DNA of 63,463 nt, counting the filler, from Reticulomyxa filosa (Eukaryota > Protista > Foraminifera), in assembly GCA_000512085.1 (NCBI GenBank). It is 19 parts of 19 records of this genome, joined end to end, with 100 filler letters (N's around TTAATTAATTAA, not from the genome) between each part and the next. Parts side by side here need not be neighbours in the genome. Positions count along the whole stretch, not along the records: positions 48,700 to 53,143 come from ASPP01043509.1; positions 53,244 to 54,714 come from ASPP01013653.1; positions 54,815 to 58,406 come from ASPP01037063.1; positions 58,507 to 63,463 come from ASPP01002149.1; 15 more parts are not named here. One strand, given 5' to 3'. Below, piece after piece: positions 51,200-62,399 of the stretch. Position 1 is the first letter of the stretch, and each line of letters starts with the position of its first letter. The translations under genes were made by a program, and so were the position numbers. The notes under the pieces were generated by a model that was given only the letters and a program-made list of their open reading frames with translations, ran no database searches and was not told where the DNA came from.

Positions 51200-53243
51200 A
51201 TTTGATGATGACACTAGATAACAACAAAAAAAAACTCTACAAACAAACCTTTGAAAACTTCCTTTATAAAAAAAACTACCAATGTTCTGAAAAAGAATTA
51301 TGATAATATATAATTGTTATCTTTAAATGATGGAGTATTTTGTTTGTCTTTTCATTTTTATGTGTTTGCACAATAATAATGAAAATCAAAATCAATCCAA
51401 ATGTAACATTAACTCAAACAAGCAGGAGGAAAAGAGAAAAATGTATCTTAAAAAAAAAAAGACAACATTATAAAAATGTAGTGGTTGTTATTGAATCTTT
51501 TTGTGTCGGTGAAAAGATCACAAAGACAATCATCGTCTCCAGTGACAACTTGGAACAGTAATAATTTGGTATTATCAAATGAAAACGAACGGGGGTCGTT
51601 CTTGGCTATAACATATCGCTAAATCCTAATGAGATCCAATATTTCAATTTGAAAATAATGGCAGTAAGTCATTACGACGACATATCAGTCCCAATGAACT
51701 GTGTCATATGCAGTTTATTTCTTTGGATTGGTCAAACATTTGTCATGAATGATCTTACTACATTGATTTGGGTATTTTTTTTTTAAATACAATAAGTATG
51801 AATGATTTAAAAATGACATGACACGTACTAAAATAATTTTTTTATATATTAAAAAAAATGTTGGCAACAGGCAAAAATGGAGGAACGACGAATGATGAAT
51901 GATGAAAGTGAGCAGAAACGTGTAGAATGAACATAACATTGGTGATGGGACGAGAGCCTCAAAGGCTATGACGAAGATATATGATAGCATGAAGCCGTCC
52001 AAAAGTACAGCTGCGGCGTGCCAGCGTATTCTATGAAGTCCAACTTGGCAAGTGAATCAGCCAACTCTTCTTCGTCATTATTATCATCATTTTCTTCTTC
52101 GGTAAAAAATATTGCACTTGGGAGGAGAAAAGCATATATAATCATATAATTTTACAAAGTATTGGACGGCATAAACACGATTGTAAATATCAATATAAAT
52201 TCAAATTCGGATAATAATAAGAAAAGCATCAGTTACAGTCACAATCGCAATCGCAATCGCAAGTACAACAGACGTGCGATAATACGCAGAACTTGTCGGA
52301 TGTAATCCTATTCTTGTATATCAACGGAGACCACCTTCACTTTTTGTAAAAACATTTGTAATCCAAACTTTTTTTTAATTACTTTTAAAAAAACAGACCA
52401 TATACGCATTTTCTCGGATCTTCCTTAAGAAATTTTGTCTATATTTTTCTCTCTAATTTTCTTATATTCCAAACTCCTTTTTTTTGTGGTTACTTGTGAA
52501 AGGTGGTTTGGGTTTTTGTGATGTTTTTAAACCTTTTCGGGATATCGATTGTGTCCTTTCCATTTAATTGCACATGGATTCGGAGAATTTAATTCCTTTT
52601 TCTCACTAGAAGAATTTCTCAACAAAAAAAATTTATTATAACCAAACTTTATAGTATTGTATTTTTTTCTTTTTTAATTTTTTTAAAAGAAAAAAAATGT
52701 TATAAACAATAACAAAAAGTCTAGTAAGCAACATTATTGATTATGCGATACTTAATGATTACGTAATTTTTTTTTTGGTAATGGGAAAAAAAGAGAAGAT
52801 ATAGAAAGAATGCTTTCAAGAAAACTTTCACTTCAAAAGAGATATGATTTGTTAAATTAAAGAGCAATAAAAAGTAGATGACGTTGCATAAAAAATTTTG
52901 AGTCAATTAGGATCATACTCTGACTCATATATGTGACAATTTTTCTATAAGGGACGATATATGTATATATACTTGCTTTTGATATTAAATGTGAAATACT
53001 ATTGTGGGATTTGTGAGAAGACTAAGTGTAATACGAAAGAAACTTAGTTCCAAAAGAACAACTTCAGTAAAAGAAAGTAAATTAAGAAAGAATAATAACT
53101 AAAATGAAAGAAACAAGTACAACGAGAGAAAAGTGAGTTGTGTNNNNNNNNNNNNNNNNNNNNNNNNNNNNNNNNNNNNNNNNNNNNTTAATTAATTAAN
53201 NNNNNNNNNNNNNNNNNNNNNNNNNNNNNNNNNNNNNNNNNNN

Positions 53244-53776
53244 TGTGCCCATTCCGGAAGACATTACCCTGGTGGCCGGCGGCATCATCTCCGGGCTTGG
53301 TTATACCAATGTTCACTGGATGTTTGCGGTTGGGATGGCTGGCGTGCTGGTCGGTGATGGCATCATGTTTGGTGCTGGCCGTCTTTATGGCGAGCGTGTG
53401 CTGCGCTTTCGTCCTGTGGCGCGGGTGATGACCCCCGAGCGCTTTGCCGCTACCCAGGAAAAATTTGCCCGTTACGGTAACTGGGTATTGTTTGTTGCGC
53501 GCTTTTTGCCTGGCTTGCGCTCCCCCATCTTTCTGACAGCAGGCATGACCCGGCGCATTCCGTACTGGCGTTTCCTGATGATGGACGGTTTTGCTGCGCT
53601 GATCTCGGTGCCGGTGTGGGGTGTATCTGGGTTACTTCGGCGCCCGCAACCGCGAGTGGCTGATGCACATGGTGCACCGTGGCCAAGCTGGGATTCTGAT
53701 CACGCTGGCGCTGGCGGGTATCGTGATTGGCATTGTGTACGGGCGCCGTAAGCGTGCAGCACGCGCCCAGGCCTGA
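53244..53776 (+). CDS. dedA: Bacterial DedA/VTT family membrane protein (5'-truncated; extra G near 53620)
   Basis: PIPEDITLVAGG, GVLVGD, ARFLPGLRSPIF; removing one G gives ...VYLGYFG...RRKRAARAQA*; GC-rich. Confidence 0.92.
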
Positions 53777-53793
53777 GCGGTCTGGATAGAAAG

Positions 53794-53826
53794 AAAAACG
53801 CCCGGGCTTGGCCGCGGGGCGTTTTT
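53794..53826. terminator. Bidirectional Rho-independent terminator between convergent dedA and FKBP genes
   Basis: AAAAACGCCC...GGGCGTTTTT inverted repeat with A/T tracts on both sides. Confidence 0.85.
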
Positions 53827-53841
53827 GTTTGGCCGGCCGGC

Positions 53842-54168
53842 TTAGCCTACCTGCAGCAGCTCCACTTCGAATACCAGCGTGGCATTCGGCGGAATGACGC
53901 CACCGGCGCCGCGTGCGCCGTAGCCCAGTTCGGACGGGATGGTCAGCTTGCGTTTGCCGCCGACTTTCATGCCCTGTACGCCCTGATCCCAGCCTTTGAT
54001 CACGTAGCCGGCGCCCAGCGGAAAGCTGAACGGCTGGAAACGGTCTTTGCTGGAGTCGAATTTGGTGCCGTCGGTCAGCCAGCCGGTGTAGTGCACGGTG
54101 ACTTCTTCACCGGCTACCGCTTCTTTGCCCTCGCCGGTCACCAGATCTTCGATGATCAGTTCTGCCAT
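53842..54168 (-). CDS. FKBP-type peptidyl-prolyl cis-trans isomerase (bacterial)
   Basis: [46 protein letters not shown]; AAGGA RBS upstream. Confidence 0.97.
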   Translation of the reverse strand: MAELIIEDLVTGEGKEAVAGEEVTVHYTGWLTDGTKFDSSKDRFQPFSFPLGAGYVIKGWDQGVQGMKVGGKRKLTIPSELGYGARGAGGVIPPNATLVFEVELLQVG

Positions 54169-54319
54169 TGTATTGTCCTTACGTTACCGCATTGATCGGG
54201 GCGCTCATTCTACCAGTCTCGCCCCTTGCTGTGGCGGCAGCGTTTTTTTATGACAATCAGTGTCTTATAAAATAAGGACGATACAAACGCATAATCGCTT
54301 GCAAAGGGGGGGCGCCACC

Positions 54320-54714
54320 ATGGAACTCAGCTGTCTGGCCAGCCGGCAACACATCGTGATCCAGCGGGTGCCGCATCGCGCGCCGCTACAGTGGCTAAAG
54401 CTGGGTTGGCGCGACCTGCAGCGCACCGCGAATGACGCCTTGCTGTACGGTGCCGGCTTCGTGCTGCTGGCCTATGGCTTGGCCTTCCTGCTGCAGGCCG
54501 CGCCGGAGCTGGCCATGCTGGAAGGCGCGGCCAGCTTGCTGTTGCTGCCCTTTATTGCCAGTGGCCTGTACGACATCGCCGCCAGCAGCAGGCGTTTAAC
54601 GGGGGCGGGTGATGCTGCAGCACAGCGCGCTGGCCTGGCGCGCCAACGCCGGCGGCTTGGCACTGTTCGGCATGGTGCTGGCGCTGCTGCTATGCCTGTG
54701 GGTAGCGGCATCGC
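54320..54714 (+). CDS. DUF2189-like predicted integral membrane protein (3'-truncated)
   Basis: V...APLQWLKLGWRDL......LLYG and P..A.GLYD motifs; G-rich RBS before the ATG. Confidence 0.7.
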
Positions 54715-54855
54715 NNNNNNNNNNNNNNNNNNNNNNNNNNNNNNNNNNNNNNNNNNNNTTAATTAATTAANNNNNNNNNNNNNNNNNNNNNNNNNNNNNN
54801 NNNNNNNNNNNNNNTTTTTTTTTATTCAAATTTATCAAAAATTAAAGCAATAAAA

Positions 54856-57333
54856 ATGCAATTATTTCATATAGACTTGATAAAGTATCTTGAAATATCA
54901 GGGTTCTCCAAACAAGAAATATTTAATCAAATTTTCACTCATTTCATCTCTTCTGGAAATGATAAACAATTGTACTGGAAACCTCTCAGAGATACACTCG
55001 ATTTGATTGTGATAAGGCTATGCTTTCATTTTATGGCTGTTTTGTCATTTATGAAATTCAATCCATTTCGATTGCTGCTATTTATCGAATCTGAGTTATT
55101 CTTATCCGATGATGTAGTCTGTGAGCCAGACTCAGATTTTAAAATCTATTACTGTTTGCATAATCATCCACTATTGATCAGCACTTCAGAATCTAAAGGA
55201 ATAACGTGTCCATTGAAAGGTTGTGGAACCACGATCGCCAGAACGCCTTCTAAATTAGGGAATGCGAGAAGTAGAATCAGTATTTGGTTTGTATTAAAGA
55301 GATATTATACATTTCCCAAAAAAACCGAGCCAAATAATTTGAAACCATTAACGTCAATATTGTTGCGATTGTTATATCATTTGTTGCTACTTTTACGAAA
55401 TGAAGGAGTCTCACAAAATCAAAATAAAATTCAAGGATTGGTGAAACAGACAAATAAACAAGATACATCCAAATTTTTATGGAAACAAATAAAGCAAGAT
55501 TTTAAAAGATTAAAAATACAAACGAAATTAAATGAAGAGTTATTGAGTATTGCCCTTCATTTGTGGATCAAAGATTTCTCTGAAAAATTTGAAACATGGT
55601 ATCCTCAGGGACTGGCTTGTAACTCTTTATCAGAAATTTATGAATTTGAGATGAAATTAGATGAAGAATATTCAACGTTTTTTTATTCGAGAGCCAATTT
55701 TATCAAACTCCGAAACAAAAGTGAGATTATAGCAAATGATAACAAAGAATTTAAAGAACTTATGGACGAAATCGAAGAGATTGAGGAAAAGAATGAACGT
55801 CATGAAATAGATAATCTCTCACAATTATTTCTAAAGACTCAATCATTGTCGTGGAGAGATTTGATTCCTGTGTTTATTAACAACTCCTCTTTATCGCGTG
55901 AGTATCCGTTGATTGCCCAATTGTTGCAGTGCGACGAAGCCATTTGGTATATTCAGTATCTACCAGCCATTGCCAGCTTGATCAAACATATACACATGGA
56001 GTATTCGCGACAACGATTACCAGATGAATTGAGTCAAATTCGAGTGAGTGAAGTGTTGAATCAACAACACGAAATTCGGGAATGGTGGAATGATGTCACG
56101 TGTTGTTGGAACTACTTTGCACTGGAGTACAAGCAGCTGAAGTGTGATCCTGAAGAGATTTCGATTGAACAATTGTGTGTTATTGATTCCAACGCAAACA
56201 ATACACAATTCAATATTTACAAAATAATTCAACTTTTGGAAGCTCAAAACAATCAATTTTTGAAAACCTTTCAACAATTCAAGCCACACATCCAAGAAAT
56301 TCAAGAAGAAGAAAAAAAGCAAGATATTTTGCAACAACCCACTTTGAAATACTTTTTTGATATTGATAGCAATGATATTCTGTGCTTCGATGAACTGAGT
56401 TTAAATGAGATTATTCAACGACGAAGCACTCCAGTATTGCAATATGGTCAAAATGATAAATCTGAATGTTTTGACTTGGCGTCCATTGAAAATGATGTTT
56501 ATCATGCCTTTGTTCATGGTCGACAACCATTGACATTTGTTATTCCTTTATTTGAACATCGTAGCAATTTTGATATTCAGGACTGTATTACAAATATTGA
56601 AACACGCTATAAAGGTCTCAAAAATGCTCAATTTCAATCTTTTTGGGATAAGTTGAATTTGTCAGTTGCTTCATCTGTGGAAAAACAAAGAGCATTGGAA
56701 ATATTAAATGATGCCATAGTCTATTTATATCAAAATCTTAACGATCTCCAAATTGATATGCGATTAACTGAGTTATTCCAAAAGTTGCAATGCAAAGAAA
56801 AAGATTGGATTCTATTTTCTCAACGAGTTTATTCTGATAATAAAACGGATCAACTCTGTGTCAAACATGTCGGAGTATTGTGGCATCAATTGCAAAATAC
56901 GGTCCAGTCCGAATGCTTGGATGAAAGTTCAATTACTCCATACGTTCTAAAGATTTATCAACAGCCTTTAACCAATGAGGAAAAAACACAAATTAAAGAG
57001 CTAGTTAAAAAAATTTCAACGGGCACCGTGAAAAACATATTAAAGGCTTGGCGTGAAATAGCTTATCGACAAGGGCAAATTACACGAAATGTAGAAACTC
57101 ATATACTGATACAAGGACAAATTACACGAAATGCAGAAACTGAAGATTTTGCTCATATACTGAGACAATACGTCACGAATCATTATTTGAAATCTTTTCC
57201 ACCTCAATTGTTGAAATGGAAGAATTGTGCTACTGCTTATGAATGTGCATACCAAGAATGGAAGAACCAAAATCAACCATTTGTTTTACCACTGTGGCTT
57301 GGGAAAATTTGGGAAAAACAGTCTTTTTTTTGA
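54856..57333 (+). CDS. RNF213 (mysterin)-like protein, C-terminal region with degenerate RZ finger (probably 5'-truncated)
   Basis: YYCLHNHP...CPLKGCGTTI, L.PL..ILLRLLYHLLLL, YPLI..LL.....IQYLP.I, QYG.....FDLASIE, L.VKH...LW..L, FPPQLL...C..AY occur in the order I recall for the RNF213 E3/CTD region. Confidence 0.7.
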   Translation: MQLFHIDLIKYLEISGFSKQEIFNQIFTHFISSGNDKQLYWKPLRDTLDLIVIRLCFHFMAVLSFMKFNPFRLLLFIESELFLSDDVVCEPDSDFKIYYCLHNHPLLISTSESKGITCPLKGCGTTIARTPSKLGNARSRISIWFVLKRYYTFPKKTEPNNLKPLTSILLRLLYHLLLLLRNEGVSQNQNKIQGLVKQTNKQDTSKFLWKQIKQDFKRLKIQTKLNEELLSIALHLWIKDFSEKFETWYPQGLACNSLSEIYEFEMKLDEEYSTFFYSRANFIKLRNKSEIIANDNKEFKELMDEIEEIEEKNERHEIDNLSQLFLKTQSLSWRDLIPVFINNSSLSREYPLIAQLLQCDEAIWYIQYLPAIASLIKHIHMEYSRQRLPDELSQIRVSEVLNQQHEIREWWNDVTCCWNYFALEYKQLKCDPEEISIEQLCVIDSNANNTQFNIYKIIQLLEAQNNQFLKTFQQFKPHIQEIQEEEKKQDILQQPTLKYFFDIDSNDILCFDELSLNEIIQRRSTPVLQYGQNDKSECFDLASIENDVYHAFVHGRQPLTFVIPLFEHRSNFDIQDCITNIETRYKGLKNAQFQSFWDKLNLSVASSVEKQRALEILNDAIVYLYQNLNDLQIDMRLTELFQKLQCKEKDWILFSQRVYSDNKTDQLCVKHVGVLWHQLQNTVQSECLDESSITPYVLKIYQQPLTNEEKTQIKELVKKISTGTVKNILKAWREIAYRQGQITRNVETHILIQGQITRNAETEDFAHILRQYVTNHYLKSFPPQLLKWKNCATAYECAYQEWKNQNQPFVLPLWLGKIWEKQSFF

Positions 57334-57550
57334 TGAATTCTTTTTAATGTAATAAAATCATTGAATCTAATGTTAGAGATTGCATTAACAAAATAGTGTT
57401 AATGCAAAGATTAGTGTTTTATATACCTATAACGCAAAATGTTTGATTTCTTTATTGTTTTACTTGATATTCCAAAAGAAACTTTATAATCTTATCAAAG
57501 CTTTTTCTTTATTAGCTCTATAATTCTGATCACTAAAAAAGGCAATATTT

Positions 57551-58346
57551 TACATTAAGATAAAAAAGAAAGTTGACACCTAAAATGCCACCTTACAGAG
57601 ATTATTGTGTTTCTCCATGAAAAAACAACATTTAATTAAAATTTTTAAAAAATATCTACAAATCGTAGTTTTTAAATATTTTGGTTTTTATTAAGCTTTC
57701 ATTTGATTTGGTAAAATTTCTTAAAAAAAGTTGACAATAGTATTTTTCTAGTAGTCATGAAATTTGACAATCTTTTTTTAAACAATTTTTGAAATTTTCC
57801 TTTTTTTTTTTTAGGTGTTCGAAATTAATTTTTATCATTTTGATTATTTTGTACTAAATATTGATTGACAACCATTAGATGAAAATTTCATATCAAAAAT
57901 AGCAAAATTTGGTGGTGGAAGCATTTTAGTCCGGACATGTTTTGGAGCATTATAAACAGGTTACGCTCGCAAGATGGAGTAAATACTGATGTATATATAA
58001 TTTTTATCTGATGAAATGCTAAAGAACGTCAATTTCTGCTTAGAAAATAAAGAAAATTGTATTTTCCAGCAAGATAATACAACATGAAATAAGTCGGAAA
58101 AAATTATGAAATAGTTAAAACAAAAAAAAAAGAAAATAATGAATTTTCATCTAAATTCACCTGCTTTAAATCCAATTGAAAATCTTTGGTGGATAGTAAA
58201 TACAAGTATTAACAAAAAATGATCATTTAATACCACATAAGAACTTGGAACTAATTCGAAACAGAATATGAAAAAATAAAAACTTAATAAAGTCGATACC
58301 AAAGAGAATACAGGCAGTTAAAAAAGGAGATTTTAACAATTGGTAA
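57551..58346 (+). mobile_element. Second decayed Tc1/mariner element of the same family as 43242-44530
   Basis: About 120-nt left end homologous to 43250-43375 (gaaagttgacac...catgaaaaaacaacatt...tagtttttaaata); KFGGGSILV, IFQQDN, SPALNPIENLW, KSIPKRIQAV fragments. Confidence 0.85.
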
Positions 58347-58553
58347 ATTTGAATTAAATTTTAAAAAACAAATTTTATCATATTCAGGCAATTACAAAAA
58401 TTTTTTNNNNNNNNNNNNNNNNNNNNNNNNNNNNNNNNNNNNNNNNNNNNTTAATTAATTAANNNNNNNNNNNNNNNNNNNNNNNNNNNNNNNNNNNNNN
58501 NNNNNNGAATTACAAAACCTGCAATGCATTATCACTCCATACTAGTTGCTTTC

Positions 58554-58991
58554 CTAATATAACATGTATCTAAATGTTAGCAATCCCAAAAAATTATTGG
58601 TATTAAAACCTATAACTATACCTTCATGACTACCAGCGTAATGTGACCACATCAACCAATTTAGGGGATCTGATGTAAGACAATAAACACCAAAAACATC
58701 TTTAATTAAGTCTTTACTAAAGTGTGCAGAGTCAAAATTTTCAAAATTCTTTCGCATTTTCTTTTTGTTCAATAATTTATCTTTTCTAGTCTTACCAGGA
58801 ATAAGACGTTTCATTCTCTTAAACCATTCTTCATTAATTGAAGGTGTAAAAAGATAAGGAATTTGGCAATCCATTGGATCGTTAAAATCTTTAAGTGAAG
58901 CAGCATAGATTTTACCTAAGAAAATCTCTTCAATATGTTCAAAGGGATTGATAGGCTTGTACTTGTAAACTACTGGAGGAGGGTTGTTTCT
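58554..58991 (-). pseudogene. DUF2971-family protein, lacking a clear start and apparently truncated
   Basis: VYKY......IY......FNDPMD and VYCLTSDPLNWLMWSHYAGSHEGIVIGF signature; the frame extends upstream of the annotated ATG. Confidence 0.75.
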
Positions 58992-59240
58992 TCAACAAAA
59001 ATCAGAATCTGGCTCCTCAATGAAAGCATAATTCTTAAACCTATCCTCTGCATGTCCAAGTTCAAGTAGTATATCTCTGATGGAAATTGAGTGCTTGATA
59101 GTTTTGTTAAGATTAGAAAAAGCGTTTTTGAGTAATATGTTGGAAATTTTTCTTTCTGTGGCGGTTAAATTGTTACTAATGTGTACTACGGCACTATGCT
59201 TGATTAATGTATTTTTCTCAGCCAGTTTAAGTTTCGTCAT
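58992..59240 (-). pseudogene. Truncated plasmid replication initiator (Rep_3/RepB-like N-terminus)
   Basis: LIKHSAVVHISNNLTATERKISNILLKNAF..L...H.ISI..I...LG....NY; only 82 aa. Confidence 0.7.
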
Positions 59241-59667
59241 TATTAATGGAATAGATTTTTGACCAAGAATATACAGTCTCTCATATAATATTTCTACTAA
59301 TATTTTATAAAAAATGATGAGTTGCAAATTAGTTTAATACTCAAAAATAATTACTAACTATCTATAGGTCTCCACGGCGACCGGATTAAGCTGTAAAAGT
59401 AGAATTACATTGTTGTATCATGCACATAATGTGATCTAAAGCATTTTAGTTAAAACATATATTACTTCTCTAAAATGAATTTCTATGGTCTAGGATACTA
59501 CTTTTAAATAGAGTGAATAGGCAAAAGCTTTGGAAATCAAAAATTGCATTCGATTTCAAGTATAAAGTATAATGTAATGTAAATTTTATCTCCATAAAGC
59601 TAAGTTCATCTTGACAATAATAGGCTATATCACTTATATAGAAGGTTTAAAAAACTGTTTACTTAAA

Positions 59668-60918
59668 ATGACAATCATGAACCAAGAGGTATGTATAGTT
59701 GGGTTAGGGTATGTAGGGTTTACGCTTGCTATTTATCTATCTTCTATTGGTATGAAAGTGCATGGGGTGGAAATTTCAGAAGATATCCTTAATTCGTTAA
59801 ATTATGGGAAAACTAAATTCTATGAAAATGGTTTGGAAGAGTTAGTTGGAAAAGTTTTAAAAAGTGGCAATTTTACTTATTCAAAAGAACTGAAAAGGTC
59901 GATATTACCTCAAACTTTTATTATTACAGTAGGTACTCCTATAGATAAAACTTTGGAATCATATCCTATGAATGTTAGAAGTATAACAACTGTTGTTGAA
60001 CAAATTAAGAATAATTTAATTGACGAAGACTTGATATTATTACGCTCAACAGTGAAAATTAATACTACGGAAGATTTAATTAAACCGATACTTGATCAAG
60101 CGAAGAAAAGATATTATTTAGCTTTTGCTCCTGAACGTACTCTTGAAGAAAAAGCCATTGAAGAATTAAAAATTTTACCTCAGATTGTTGGTGGGGTTGA
60201 CATGGAATCAACTAACAAGGCTAAAGAATTTTTTGAGAAAATAGGTAATAAAGTCATTGCAATGGAAAATAGTAAAGCTGCTGAGATGGCTAAGTTATTA
60301 TGTAACATTCAAAGAGATGTGAAATTCGGTTTTTTCAATGAAGTGAGACTATTATGTGAGGCTGTAGGGCTTAATGCATTAGAAGTGATTAATGCTTGTA
60401 ATCACGATTATCCAAGATCTGATATTGCTTTACCTGCGCCAGTAGGAGAACCTTGTTTGGAAAAAGATACTTATATCTTAGCAGAAGGTTTAAAGGAGTA
60501 TAATTATACTCCTTTAATAGCATTAGCTGCTAGAAATTAAATGAACAATATGTATATGAACGAATAAAAATGCTAGCAGAAAAAGTTTATAAACATAATT
60601 CCAAAAATGCTATATTTAATATTGCTATTTTAGGCTTAGCATTCAAAGGTGAGCCAGAAACTGATGACATGAGAGGGAAGCATGGTATTTCCTTTAATAA
60701 AAGCTATTAAAGCTAATTTTATTAATTATAATTTAAAAAGTTATGATCCTGTAGTAAAAACTCAGCAAGTTAATAACTTAATTTTTCAACTTTCTAATAA
60801 TTTAGAAGAAGCATTAGTAAATGTAGATATAGTAATTGTACAAAATAACCATTTATCGTTCAAAAATATTGAAACTAAATTAGATAAGGGAGTAATTGTT
60901 GAAAAATTGTCATACTAG
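59668..60918 (+). pseudogene. UDP-sugar (UDP-ManNAc/GlcNAc, WecC/TviB-like) dehydrogenase with two frameshifts (about 60538 and 60677)
   Basis: VGLGYVG, ITVGTP, LRSTV, APERT, AEMAKL, PCLEKD, ILGLAFKG.PETDDMR, YDP. Confidence 0.9.
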
Positions 60919-60944
60919 ATTAAGAAATTATAAGGAGAGAAATA

Positions 60945-62399
60945 ATGTTTAATAAGTATAATGTGCTTCTACATATGTTACATTCTCCTTTTCCATATTC
61001 AGGCATTCCACAAGATACTAGGTTAGTATTTAAAACTCTTAAAGCTCAGCCGAAAGTAGATCTTTCAGGCTTAGTTTTACCTAATTCAATTGAAAATATA
61101 ATAAAAATTGAAAAGAAAAGCCTGAACATAATTGAAACCGCTAGAGCTATAGCTAGAGTTTTTAACGATTATGAGGAAATACTACCAAACATCAGAATGC
61201 TTAAAATTCCCTATAAAATACTGAATAAGCTGGTGATGTTTAAGAAATATTATAATTACTTGACGCAAAGAAATATAAATTCTGCTGAATTAGAAATAGA
61301 AATATTTAAAGACTACATTTGGAGAAAAGTGTTCCAATATACTTTTGACTATAATGAAAAAGGGTTATTAGACAATATTAAGCTTTTTGTTGGAGATACT
61401 TCACAATGCAGGATCAGTGGTGCTTTTCCAAGAAAAATGACGTTGAATACCAATGGTTATGATTTTGCTATATTTCAAGATTCTAGATGGGTTCAAGTCT
61501 CAGATAATACTATAAAAATAACTAGGTATCATGATGCATTACCAATTTTATCAATTGATACAGTGCACACAAAAAATATGGAAAATCATTATAAAAATTT
61601 AAAAGCAGCATCTAAAAATAGCATATACGTCTGTAATTCTGAACCAGTTAGGCAAGATTTAATAAAGATAATTCCGGAATTAGAAAATAAGTCTTATACT
61701 ATACCATGTGCTTTACCTGATAATTACTCTAAAGTTAATGATGGAATTAAGCTTAAAAGCATATTAATTTCAAGGCTATCATCCGTGTGCCTATTAGAAA
61801 CACAGAAACTAAAAATGATCGATCGTATAAAAAATGCTAAAAAGTTAGATTATATTTTACATCTAGCAACAATTGAACCTCGTAAAAATTTGCGATCATT
61901 GATCAAAGCTTGGTATTATCTACATCTTAAATATGGAATCAAATTGATTGTTAATGGTTCTTTAGGCTGGAAGTATCAGGAAATTTTAGATGAAATGAAG
62001 CCGTATATAAAAGAAGGAAGCTTAATCCATATTGAAAAATTACCTCCGAATGAATTGCCGATACTTTATTCTCATGCTAAAGCCTTTATATTTCCTTCAT
62101 TTGGCGAAGGTTTTGGTTTACCACCAAAGGAAGCCATGCAGTGTGAATGCCCGGTTATAGTTTCTGACATACCTGCACATAAATGGGTTATGGGGGATGC
62201 AGTACTTTATTGCGATCCCTATAGTATTAATGATATATCTTCCAAAATCGAATATTTATTATTCACAGAAGAGGGTAAAGAGAAACAAAAAGAATTAATT
62301 AGTAAAGGACTCGAACGATTAAAACTGTATGACTATAGAGTAGTTGGGGAGCAATGGATAAATCTTTTCGATACATTGAAAGGAAAAAAGAATGCCTAA
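60945..62399 (+). CDS. Glycosyltransferase family 4 (GT-B), LPS/polysaccharide biosynthesis
   Basis: TIEPRKN, LYSHAKAFIFPSFGEGFGLPPKEAMQCECPVIVSDIP; AAGGAG RBS. Confidence 0.93.
   Translation: MFNKYNVLLHMLHSPFPYSGIPQDTRLVFKTLKAQPKVDLSGLVLPNSIENIIKIEKKSLNIIETARAIARVFNDYEEILPNIRMLKIPYKILNKLVMFKKYYNYLTQRNINSAELEIEIFKDYIWRKVFQYTFDYNEKGLLDNIKLFVGDTSQCRISGAFPRKMTLNTNGYDFAIFQDSRWVQVSDNTIKITRYHDALPILSIDTVHTKNMENHYKNLKAASKNSIYVCNSEPVRQDLIKIIPELENKSYTIPCALPDNYSKVNDGIKLKSILISRLSSVCLLETQKLKMIDRIKNAKKLDYILHLATIEPRKNLRSLIKAWYYLHLKYGIKLIVNGSLGWKYQEILDEMKPYIKEGSLIHIEKLPPNELPILYSHAKAFIFPSFGEGFGLPPKEAMQCECPVIVSDIPAHKWVMGDAVLYCDPYSINDISSKIEYLLFTEEGKEKQKELISKGLERLKLYDYRVVGEQWINLFDTLKGKKNA

Noticed and set aside
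51500-52340. Hydrophobic and acidic fragments on the minus strand
   Set aside because: Multiple stops in every frame; possibly a relic, but I cannot support a call
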